Under the pieces are notes generated by a model that had not been told where the DNA came from, made no database searches, and was given only the letters and a program-made list of their open reading frames with translations. The position numbers and the translations under genes are program-made. A DNA stretch of 64,000 nucleotides from positions 12,276,001 through 12,340,000 of the forward strand of contig OU015568.1 in assembly GCA_907165135.1 (NCBI GenBank), read 5' to 3'. This DNA comes from Oikopleura dioica (lineage: Eukaryota > Animalia > Chordata). This document shows positions 23,734 through 35,562 of this stretch, piece after piece. Every line of letters begins with the position of its first letter. The stretch's first letter is position 1.

Positions 23734-24452
23734 CCATTACTCCTCGGTAATCACCGTCGACTTTTTACGGACAGCGATAGGGAGAGATAGAGAAAAGTCC
23801 TAGAAAACTGAATATCAAACCAATCTTCATATGAAAGAAAGCAACAGAACTCTTATCATCGATTATCCGAATATGAAGTGTTAGAAAAGAGGGGATTTCG
23901 AAACGGATGCCAGCTCCGGTCACTTTCCCCCACTTTCTCCACTCGACTCATGAAAAATGCTAACTCTGCTGAAATTTTGCTTTCTTTACAGTTTCGCAGC
24001 CGCTGCTCTCATTGATGCCGGTTTTTGTCAATTCGAAGAGAAGAGCGGCGTAGAACTGAGTCTAGGAACTTCCAGGAATGAGATTTTGAAATCAACGAAG
24101 AGAATCGATGATTTTCAAACTCCAAACTAAAAGAATCGAAGCTCACCCGGGAGAACACGTGGCTTCCGAAGAGGAGTGCTACAGTTACTGCTGTACTTAT
24201 TTCGACAAATCAGTAGACGCGGCATTTTACAGAGAAACTGAATCAAATCTGGTGAATTGCTTTTGGCAAGGCAGGAGATAATAAACTCTCAAATGAATTA
24301 AAGAATTAAAATTTGTTTATTTTCGAGCAAAGTTTATCATGTGACAACGACGATTGTGATACAATTCCGTCGACAAAATCTTCCAGTAAAATTTTCTTTT
24401 GAGAAAAGTACCAGAATTTTGGCTGATAAAAGTTATGAGCTCTTAGGTCAAC

Positions 24453-25579
24453 TTGCCCCTTGGAAAAACTTTCACTTCGAGAGTTACGCAACCGATTCCG
24501 CTGACAAGAAGCTTTCCGAGTATCCCAACAATGCCGACTTTTGAGCACCTAGAAGACAAAGACGCCGGATATTGCTCCTTCACCGAGCGCCGCGGTCAGA
24601 TCCTGGTAATAATCTCTCTCGCTTTTCCTATTTCTTTTTACTTCTCGAGAAAACAAGGTCAAAAGAATGTAAGTACTTCTTTAGCAAAACTCGATAATGA
24701 GCATCGTGGGAGGGCCAAACGAACATGTCTTGAACGGGACATACTGCCATGCGTACTGTTGCGCTGTTTTTGAAAGTAGATTCCAAGTCGCAAAGTTTTT
24801 CGCTTCTGATACAACAGTCATTAACTGCTTTTGTCAAGTTTGTCAAGGCGGAATTTGTCATTTTGAAGACGCAGGGGACGAGAGGTACAATATAATTTGC
24901 AAAAATAGAGTTCTTCGCTGATTTTTCTTTTCAGATACACAAGCTATCTATTGAAAAATATTCTTTATCCAACAAAGATGACGACAAAAGGACCAAGTTC
25001 AACAATTTTTTCGAATTCAACAACAATTCCTGCGAATGTCAACTCAACTTCCTCATCGACCGAGTCGATTATGACATCGATGTTATCAAGCAACACCACA
25101 GCTTCAGATTCTACAACTCAAACGAGCCATATTTTCACAGAAGGAATCGTTACTATCGATACATTTTCCGTTCGCAAAGAAATAATGCGATTCTAAGAAA
25201 GAAAACTCAAATCAAACAAGTCCAAAATCAACTACAAAGCCAGCATTGACAACGACATCATCAATCCCAGCGCCATTGACGTCCCCAACAACAACATCAA
25301 CAACAACGAAGCACGAAGACGAAACAACAGTTCCAATTCAAAAAACAGAGACAGAAGCCCCCGGCCTTGATTACACGGTTGAACATCATCATGTTGCGAA
25401 GATACTGGGAATTATTGTCGCAACAGTAGTTATTTACAAATTGATAAAGGTTCTTTTGACTCTCAAATCAACATCGTAAAGTTTTATTTCAGAAGTTCTT
25501 CCGAAGACGAACAATCAAATATCGCTCCCACTTTGACGATCAATCCGAAGATGAAGTTTACCAAACCCGAGCGCATTAG
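24453..25579 (+). CDS. Type I membrane protein: Cys-rich (WSC-like) domain, Ser/Thr mucin stalk, TM, short tail
   Basis: Exons encode YCHAYCC...NCFCQVCQGGIC, long S/T-rich tracts, ILGIIVATVVIY and a tail ending EDEVYQTRAH*. The 5' end is unresolved. Confidence 0.6.
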
Positions 25580-26391
25580 AAATCTCTTTTATAAAAATTA
25601 TGACTAAAAATAAAGTCAACAAAAAAGGAACTTGAAATTCTCCCGCTTTGAAAACGAAGAAGTAATTCGCGAGGCGTGATAATCGGACAAAGGATGATCC
25701 GGTTAACTGATTCCGAGATCAGATAGCGAGCCTTGCCAGGAATAGCGAAATTGGAGCGCTAAATTATTCCTGCCATATTATTATTATTGACACTTATCCA
25801 TTTATGCTAGTCAAAATGTTCCTTTGATTAATAAGTCAGTTTTGAACAAATTCTGCCAGAAGAATTTGCAAAGAAGATGTGATCCGGCCGATCAAGTCTT
25901 CGATTTTTGGAATCAAAAATCTAGCGCAAATAATCCAAAAGAAGGCACTTGGTCGAGCACTTGATGAACTGCTTCCGTTAGCGGGAAATTCAAACCGCGT
26001 GAAAAGTCGCTGAAAAAAGAAGAGTGGGGCAAAGAGTCGAATTCGAAAAGTGAAAAGTGGAACCTGTGTAAAACTGTCATCAGTAATTTCACGCCCCGAT
26101 TTAGGCCTAGCTTATTTAGAAGAGAATCAGTTATAAAGTAATCAAATTGATGAGTTGTGTGATCCTAAGCGAGAGGAGTTTGTTTGGCCAGTTGACATAT
26201 AAATTTATGCTTCTGTTTTGATATCAATTTGGCATGTGGCGGAGCCTTGTACACTCCGCTGTTGCCAAATTCTTGTACAAACAATTTTCCCGAACCTGGA
26301 AACCGCTTTTTCTTCCGAAAAAATTTTTGAAGAACCTTTTAGAACTTAGAAATTTATATTTTGTTCTTTATTTGAAATATTTGAAAAAAAG

Positions 26392-26779
26392 CTAGACAGT
26401 AGCTTCGTAAGGCATTTTGAGCGATTTCAGAATGCATCCTCGAGCTCTTCGTTCTCCAGCCCAAAGATCGAGATTCTTCCCAACTCGGGAACCGATTGCT
26501 TTGGCAGAAGTCTAAATAAGTTTTATTTCGACCACTAAGAATTAAAATTACCGCTGGTACATTCGGATTTCTCTCTGGAGCTGTTTTAGTTTCTCCTTTC
26601 GCTTTTTTCTTCAAATTTTTTTTTCAAAATTTAGTGATCAAAAAACCTACCAGAGATTCTTCACTCAGCATAAAATCAAAAGCCCTGACCCACTGGGTCA
26701 CCGACTCTTTTTCTCTCTTCACATAATCCTTGAAAATCTGATCTTGAGCGACAGCATCAACCACCTTCTCTTCTGGCAT
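26392..26779 (-). CDS. C20orf85/CIMIP1 (LLC1)-like ciliary protein
   Basis: MPEEKVVDAVAQDQIFKDYVKRE...W at the N-terminus and VPA-TSAKAIG...ARGCILKSLKMP at the C-terminus resemble C20orf85-family motifs. The middle splice is unresolved. Confidence 0.55.
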
Positions 26780-27380
26780 TATTTTTGTATTTTGATAGTT
26801 CAGAAGGAAGCACTTATTAGTCTGACGAGTAAGCTAATTGCTATTGTTTCCACAGTTACCAAACACAAAGCGGCTCTTCTGTCAAAAAACTGCCAAAACT
26901 TGCGATTACAGATGTGACCCACTTGTAAGATTCTTGATTCTCAGGGTTCGAAAATAGCTCGGTTTTACTCTAACCCTAACCAACTAAATGAAATTCTATT
27001 CTTTATTAAAGAATCTTTAAAAGCTTATTCATATTATACTAGGGATAAACTCAAAGCATTTAACATCTTTTATTTCTCAAAGAAACAAAGCTCATATCAG
27101 AACGAAAATTTCAGAAATCTTGGCGGAGCTGGGAGCTGAGAGGAAAAGGGCGCCGTAGACAGGAATACCGCCGCGCGTGCGCCCCAAATAACGCCTAGGC
27201 GCGTCCTCCCTTTTCACGTCTTCGAGGCCCATATCTCACTACTCGGCTAATTCCGTTCGACATGCGAAGTTGTTTTACATTTTTCCAATTACTTTTGATA
27301 AATTCAGAGATTTACAGGAAACGGCTCTTGAATTTTCATATCTAAAATAATATTTATTCAAATTTTCGTATAATTTTCTG

Positions 27381-30270
27381 AGCCGAAGACAGAAAGACAG
27401 TTTCAGCGAGTTTCTCAGGAATAAGTGGCCTGAGAAGATATCACCAAAAGAGAAGCTCGTTTGGGTTTATTGAGAGAAGAGATGAAGGAATAAAATGCAT
27501 CGGGGAGCACAAGTTTATTCTCAAGCGTCAGATCTGCGACGGGCGCCCAGACTGCAAAGATGGAAGCGACGAAATAACTTGCAGTAAGTCCAAATGAGTG
27601 CTCATTATTGAAAAATAGAAGGTTTTTTAAGGATTACTGATTGGAAGTTTACATTTTCTGTTTGAGTTTTCCCAGAATTGTGGATTTATCTTCTTAATTT
27701 CGGCCTATGATTGTCGATTATCAGACTATCTTGCCAAAAAATAGTCGACAATTTTCGGATCAAGAAAGAGACTAGTAAGAAAGGATTCTAGTTTTGCCTT
27801 AGAAAGCCCTGAATCAGGTCAGGAGTTGAAAATAGACGCCCAAAACTAAGTGGGGCTTAAGAATATCGGGTTAGGAGGACACTTGACCTCTGATTTTCTA
27901 ATCCGGAGTCCTGTTTGTCCAAGGCTAAGCACAGGGTTTAACTGGGGATGGACGTGTTTGACATGATTTTTTATGGTTTTCCGAAATCACAAAATTCGAT
28001 TTTACGCCTCGATATGTTCCTCTTGGGTGGTCCCGAATTAATACTGCCTATAAAACACAGCAAAAACGTATCTCTCTTTCCTAATCGGATATGCCCATCA
28101 AAACTACTAAAAATAGCGATAAAGGACAGTTGGAAAATAACTGATATCAGCAGCAGCCGCTATTGAATATTCATTTCCCAAAACACAAGGAGCACTTTTT
28201 TGATAACAATCGGAACCGACGGGATAAGCCGCCAAAGAATGCGCCAAGCCCTCATGGCCAAGGCTGAAATTACCGAATTCCCCGGAAGTGGAAAAACTTC
28301 AATTGAAATTTTTGAAGAACATAAATTGCCTGAGAAATTGAGGCATTCATCGCGAAAATAATCATTTTTCTTTATAAAAACACGAGAAAAAAGCCGCCCG
28401 CGGCTTCATTTATTTTGACCATCTTTAGTCCAAAAGGATAGTAGGGAGGATTGAGTATTTTAAAAGCACTATAAGGTGCACTGATCGAAATACTTAGAAT
28501 GAAGAATAAATAATTCTAAAAATGTGACAGCAGACAATTAATCGATTAATTGATGAGACATTGAGGTGCTAAATCGTTTTGAATGATCCTTCTTCAAATA
28601 CAGTAAGAATGTTAAACCAACTGTAATCGAATCGATTGTGATCACTGGAAGGCGGCCAACGCGTGCCTAACTATACCTAGGCCTCGGACGTAAAAAATCA
28701 TCACCACCAGCCGGTCGTCGTACGGTAACAAGAATAGGCTCATTCGAAAGCTATTGAACAGGGCTTTCTGTTGGGCTTATAAAAAAACTGGGCCCTGTCC
28801 TCCTTTTTCGAGATATTTGACTTTGAAGGTAAGCTTCGAAAAATATTTTTCAAAATAACTCGTAACAGAAAGGGAGGGCCCAGTTTTTTTATCGGTCAAA
28901 TAGAAAGCCCTTATCAAGACCTTTCGAATGAGCCCTCTCATGTTCCCGTACGATGACCGGATGGTGAAAATCGTCTTTTTTACGTCCGAGGCCTAACTAT
29001 ACCTGTACTCTGAAACTACAGGGTGTCTTCGCTTAAAATCTCCCAGGCTCGGAAATTTATTCACGGGAGAAGGTCAAGATTACCCCTTATAAATTTTCGC
29101 TTTTATTGATTTTGAGCCCAATATTTTAGCTTCGATAAAATGGACGTCAATTCATCTGCCAGAGTCATGTAAATCAAGTGTCGATTGTGACTACAAGTAT
29201 CAATACCAGTACGACCAGAATGAAGGTAAAATAACTTTATTTGAAACCCCATATACCATGGAGTTGAGCTCTAAGGGGAGATCTTCATGGTATTTGAATT
29301 AACCCTAATTCTCCTTTCAGGAAAATGCGAAAAATGCCTAGACTGTGGACCTTGCTCAACAACTGCTCGTTTTTGGACCCTTGAAGACTGTCAAAATGAC
29401 TGTGAGTTTCCTGATCGAATGAGAATCTTCCAGCAGGAGACTTTCTCCGTACTATATTCAGAAGTCTACCCTGGGCTTTATCCTTTCAAGCGAAATTTAC
29501 TCGAGGTAGAGCATTATTTCTTACTTTTTGGAATGAAACTTTTTTTAGCTTTGGCTCTCTGGAAATATTCGTCAGCCCGACTCGACATCGAAGAAGAATA
29601 ACTTCGGTATGTATTTAAACAATCACTGATTGTCAATCAGTCATCTTTCAATACCCGATTCTAGCTCTCAGAGGAGTCATACTCGAAGCAAGACGCAACC
29701 AAAACGATCCTTCAGAATACTCGATCATGATGACAATCAACGAGGACTACAACCAAAACTGGGTTGCTGGATACAGCGCGAGATTGAACGTCACTCTTCG
29801 TAAAAAGAAGCGTTTTCCTCTAGGTAAGAGCTAATCAAATATCAATTAGATGGCCTGAAATAACCACTTACATTCTAATTAAGGAAAGGAAGTGATCATC
29901 ACTGGAAAGACCAATGGAAAATTAGACAACCACGACCGGCTCGAAGTGACAGACGCCATTCTCAGATCTGTAAGACGCCTTTCTTAAGTTTACCACCTTT
30001 ATCCCCTTTTTTAGTCGAGAAGCAGAAGCTTACGGCGGAACATCCGCTCGCGTTTCAGCGTACCGCAGCACTAGAATCATCGCCCGTAACTTATTCAATT
30101 TCCAGACAAGAAACACACTGAACCTCATTTTCAACCCTCAAAAGCATGCAACTCCATCTTCTGTATCAAAAACTTCTGCTAAAGATAAATCCACATCTAC
30201 CTCACTTTTATGTTCATTTTTTTATATCAAGCTTCGATCGTGTTATTTTCTATTGTTTTTACTGTGAGAA
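27381..30270 (+). CDS. Probable secreted/GPI-type protein with an LDLa module and a divergent Kunitz-like module
   Basis: LDLa exon CIGEHKFILKRQICDGRPDCKDGSDEITC (to 27582); SCKSSVDCDYKYQYQYDQNE-GKCEKCLDCGPC...FWTLEDCQNDC (~29140-29403); further open exons to ~30270. Membership of all exons in one gene is inferred. Confidence 0.5.
28678..28995. mobile_element. hAT-family MITE, 318 bp
   Basis: Perfect 8-bp TSD ACTATACC (28670-28677 and 28996-29003) flanks TAGGCCTCGGACGTAAAAAA...TTTTTTACGTCCGAGGCCTA; the element is almost wholly palindromic. Confidence 0.92.
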
Positions 30271-31222
30271 GGGACACTTGGCTGACAGGGGAAACAATTG
30301 CAAGGGTGGTTCCTGGCAACGCTAAACAGCAAAATCGCGCAATATCGTACGCAAATATCAAATAGAAAGTCTGTTTCATTATTTTTGTTCAAGAGAAAAA
30401 AATTGAAAGGAGAAAATGTTCAACGGACAGTGGAAAAGAACGCACGCTGACACGTAATGCTTTTTATTTCCAAAAAAGCGGATTAGAATATTCTTCATTT
30501 TTTTTCAGTCTTGAGCAACTGTGCTTTGTGCTTGAAATAAAAGAAAACGATAAAATTGCAGAGTTGGAAATGCTTCTCAATGCAAATCTTAGCACAATAA
30601 TTGACGAGGAGGATGACCAAATAACTGTTTTTCACCGATTTGTTTTCGATTGTAAGCTTGGAAACCACGTATGATTTAAATAAAACTTTCCCAGTGGATA
30701 ATGAAACAGAAGATTCGAGGGTCATCAAATTTAATCAATTGGATACTTGTACGGTAACTCTTACAAATCTGTACCATTTTTAATTGATCTTGAAGGCAAT
30801 GAACGGAGAAAAAGTTCAAAGCTCGTATCATAGAAGCGGAATCGCATCAATAGAAGGCCATGAAGGCGACTTTTCCATCACTTACAGGTTCGAATACTCA
30901 AATAATAATACCACTTACGGAGCGCTAGAATTGATGGAAGTAGACTGATTCAAACAATCAAACGAGGTCATCATCAATTTCGGCAAATCTCCGAAGAAAT
31001 ATTTTACTGACAATCCCGTCTTTCAATAAACTGAAACTTCTTTATTCAAAGAGTTTTCGGAACATTCTGATTTCGCAGAAGCGTCTTATCTGACATGATA
31101 AGGTTCTTGTAATTGAATATAATTTCGATTTTCCACTTTCGCAACAGACAAACCCGCACCACTAGCGACACCCTTACAAGCTCGGGTTGAATCATCTTTT
31201 CAAGGACCGGTCAGTTGAAAGA

Positions 31223-34200
31223 ATGAGACTCTCAGCGGCGTTACCTTGGATTGTTAGAGAAAGTTAGAGATTGAAAGAGATATAATAAAAATTTAGGCTG
31301 CATCAGAGGGATCTTCATCAGACCAAGAATATGATGTACCTCAACACGGCGGAGACAATCATCATGGCCAAGGACCGTACGGAGATCTTATGGTTGCTCC
31401 GTGGCAAGTTCCCATTTTTGAAAAATTTGGGATGGATCCTAGCAAAATGCGCTTAGACCCTTATGCTGATAATGAGCCTCCAACTGAGATGGAAGGTCGA
31501 GGTCTTTCAGACGGCGCTTATGCGAAAAAGTGGAATTATGTTGATCCAGACGGAAGAATTCGAGTTCCCTACTTTATCGATTCGACGGTTCCAGAAGAAT
31601 ATCATCAGGGAATCCACGATGCGCTGGCTGTCTTCACCGAAGCAGTAGGCTGTCTGGATGTGTTTTACGACCCAGAACTTCACCATTGGCATGGAGTTCA
31701 TATTTTCGGAGAGAATGACGTCGACGGTGATGGCTGCTGGTCATATGTTGGACTCTGCAGGAATTGCGGTGCGAGCAGAGGCGAAGGCAAAACAGGCTAC
31801 GCTGAACAAGGAATGCGCCACGGCTGGCAAGCGATGAGACTTCCAAACTGGTGCACAGGGCCTGGCGGTGTCCACCACGAGTTTCTCCACGCTCTCGGTT
31901 TCATGCACGAGCAGGATCGACCGGACGTCTGGAATTATTTCGAGAAAAAAGATGCGCCTCCAAAAATTAACAATTTCTATGATACCGGCCATCCGTTCGA
32001 ACGGTAGTATGATCTCAAAATTCGGCCAAATGCCGAATTTTCATATACTCATATTTTGAATGAATAATTCGGCCAGAGTGGCCGAATTTTTCGACCGAAA
32101 TTGAAGGATTTTTTGGATGAAAAATTCGGCCCCCAAGAGTAAAGGCCGCGCCCCTATAAAGCCACTCGTTTATTAAGAGTCTCCATTTTATCAGTAAAAA
32201 AGTATCCAATCTAATGGTTCCTAACCTCGGGGCTCCGCCCCTTCGGTCCTAAGATGCCGGGGTCTAGTCTAGGGTTAGTTAGGGTTACCTCGGGTAATTT
32301 GTTCCGTCATTTTTGCAGGTGCCCCCTAACCCTAACCTTTATTTTAGCGAATACTACGATCTTAATTTTCATCGGTAAGACCGGAATTCTTGTGGTAATG
32401 ATAAGTCCGGTTATTGTCCTAAAAAATCAAATTATCAGAATTGATAACAAGCATTCATAGCGATTGCGAAAGCCCTCAAAAAAGAAAAATGACTGTCCAC
32501 GGAGAATTTCACTGGCCGAATTTTTCACCAAAATACTTTGTAGAATCCGCCCAATAATTCGGTCAATTTGGCCGAATTTTTCATTCAGAATTATTGAAAA
32601 TATTGACGAATAATTCGGCTATAGGTGGCCGAATTTTGAGATAATACTACGCTTCGAACCTTCGTCGGCCGTTATGTATAGTGGTTTTAAACTTCTTAAT
32701 GGGGGGAGGTACAAGTCGGCGGAGTATTTGACTACAACTGACGCTTTGCAGCTTGATGCGCTATTTTGCAAAGACCCGTGGGTCTCGCACCATCCTATGC
32801 CTCCAATGTCTCAGTGTCTTGGCCCTGATGTACTTGGCTACATGCGCCCGATTTTGCAGAGTAAAATTTGTGACAATGTTCAAGATTGCTACGACGGATC
32901 TGATGAGGATGGAAGTCTCGCGATCTGCACTAACCAATTAGAAGCTGAAAAAACCGATCTTGGGTGCTGCAAAACCCTTCACATGAACTGGAAGGACCAT
33001 GTCTGTACCGCAAATGGAACAGAAAATGGTAGGGATGTTTACTGGTGCGATGGGCCCACTGCAGAACGATTGGCATTTGGTGATCGTGGATGGACTGCTT
33101 ATTCGAGTAGCGGATCGAAGCTGGCATGGAGCTACACAGGTGACAGTCAATTGCCTTGTGTTGGTGATAATGGAGAATTCGATCGAGTTTTTAATTGGGG
33201 AGCTACTCCCTTAGAACTTTCTTGCCCACATGGAGGTTCTATTGTGAAACTTCAGCCATGCGCCAGTCACGATTGCGCGGACGATGAGCTTTGCGTGAAC
33301 AATGAAGATGAAACTACATTTTCTTGCATTCCTCGGCCCACAACAACACCAGCAATAACTACAACGATCTCATCAGAAGGAACTGTATGGTTTGTCGGAT
33401 ATAACGACACAGTCAACTACGATCAAGCAGTTGAAAATTGCTCAGCGCTTGCTCAAGAATTTGCAGATACTGTCGGCTACCCACCATTCTTTAGAAATGA
33501 AAGAGAATATGATATTTATCGTCGGCAAGTAGAAGTTCGAAAAGAATGGCTAGGCTACGAGCAGCAAAATGGTGACACAACCCAGTGGCTTAATGCCGAC
33601 GGGTCAAATACAAGTTTTACGGATTGGGACGACGATTGGGATCCAAATCAACCTAACTATGACCACCAGCCTTGTGTAATAACTGGCTACGAGAATCAAC
33701 TTGAGTGGCATGACGTGTCTTGCGGGGGACAAATCCTTTTTCTTGCCGCTTCGAATCATCTTCAATTACGACGACAACCAGTACCACAACAACAACCACC
33801 ACGACTACGACAACAACAACGACTACAACTACAACAACCACGACAACATCAACAGTCACCTCGGAAGGTGCAGTTTGGTTTGTCGAACAAACCGATGGGC
33901 CAGTTTCATATGCGACGGCCAAAGCGAATTGCGCGGCAAAAGCTCTAGAATTCGAAAACACTGTTGGATATCCATCATTTTTCAGAAATCCACGAGAATG
34001 GGAGATTTACAGTAATTATGTGACGGAACGACTGGAATGGCTCGGCTACGAGCAGCAAGAAAATCATACGATGTGGCTCAATGCCGATGGCTCAGAAGTG
34101 ACATTTACTTTTGGGATTCGCCTTGGCAGCCAAACAGAGATGATCAACCTTGCGTTATTACCGGCTGGTCTGGAATCAGAAAATGGCATGATATTCACTG

Positions 34201-35472
34201 CACCTATGGAAACACCAATTATTCCTGCCGATTTAAGTCTTCTACGCTGGTAACCTCAACGACAACGACAACCACTACAACCACAACAACTGCAACTTCG
34301 GAAGGAAGCGTTTGGTTCGTAAAGATGGGCGAACAGAAGCTCAACTACACAATCGCAAAAGAAAATTGCGCCGAGTTGGCGCTAAACTACACAAATACAG
34401 TTGGCTACCCCTCCTTCTTTAGAAATCAACTAGAATGGGACCAATATCACGAAGAAGTTCAACATCGACGAGAATGGCTTGGATATGAGCAGCAGAATGG
34501 TGACAATGATCAGTGGCTGAACGCGGATGGGTCTGAAGTAACTTTCAGATTTTGGGATGATGGTCAGCCAAACTACGATCACCAGGATTGCGCAATCACC
34601 GGTTATGATTATAATCGAGAATGGCATGATGTCACGTGTTCGCAGGAGGAAAAATACTCTTGTCGGCTCGAGCAAATAACAACCACGACCACGACCACGA
34701 CAACGACAACGACGACTACAACTACAACTACAACTACAACTACAACAGGTACAAGTTCTCGTGATATATGTTTCCGAAAAATTAAGATCCCTGCCCATGC
34801 ACTCAGGGAGTTGCCAACGCGATGAACAGAAACGAAAAAGCTTTATGGAAATGGAATCGAATGAAGCCTTATTTCCGGGTATCTATCTGTCTCCTCTTAT
34901 TTATAAATTTGACTCTTATTTAGACCAACACCGCTTCTTCATTCCAAATCGCTTCAAAGACTGCTGGTAACTTGACCGCATATCAAGGCTATTTGCTTTT
35001 CTCCCGCAAAACATGCAAACAATTGGTGCTGAACATGTTCAAAGATGACCCTGCATTTTCATATGACATCATTGATCGCCGCCAGAAAAAATCAACATAT
35101 CCAATGCCAAATTATGACGCTTTCAATACAGTTTATTATCGAGATCGAGAGGGTGAACACAAGAACCATCGATCAATTACTCTTGGATTCAAGTAATATC
35201 TTCCGTTATTTTCATCACTAAAATTAATTTCAAGTGCTTTGAAGATTCAGCCAGACATCACCGGCAATAGCAAAAAAGATATCTACATTCTCCACCTCAG
35301 TTATCCAAATGGTCTACCGGATACAATCACCTGGGAGGACCTCTATGAATGTATGAACTATGCCAAACCAGTAACAATACCAATGAAACAGAGCAATATT
35401 GATCTGTTTGGCCTGAATCCTGCTTGCGACTATACTAGCTGTGTCGGAGAGGAAGTCATTGTTGGATGGTAA
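31223..35472 (+). CDS. Multidomain astacin-family metalloprotease (astacin, LDLa, Cys-rich/EGF-like, 3x C-type lectin, poly-Thr linkers, C-terminal DPCPC domain); interrupted by a MITE and two frameshifts
   Basis: HHEFLHALGFMHEQDRPD zinc signature, Met-turn SAVMY, LDLa ICDNVQDCYDGSDE, three CTLDs (WLGY...W...QPN...C...WHD...C). Stop TAA ends at 35472. Confidence 0.85.
32004..32650. mobile_element. MITE inserted in the astacin catalytic exon
   Basis: TIR GTAGTATGATCTCAAAATTCGGCCA / TGGCCGAATTTTGAGATAATACTAC; repeated subterminal AATTCGGCC/GGCCGAATT motifs; TTCGAAC duplicated on both flanks. Confidence 0.88.
33775..33855 (+). repeat. ACN trinucleotide tract encoding a poly-Thr linker
   Basis: (ACA/ACC/ACG/ACT)n run between CTLD1 and CTLD2. 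Confidence 0.9.
34678..34747 (+). repeat. ACN trinucleotide tract encoding a poly-Thr linker
   Basis: Run of about 23 Thr codons after CTLD3. Confidence 0.9.
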
Positions 35473-35562
35473 AGCCAGTTATCTTGACGAAAGTAGAATT
35501 TGACAAGAAATAAATTTTTTTCTGAATGCTATTTACATTTTAATACTGAATAAATGAGATCA

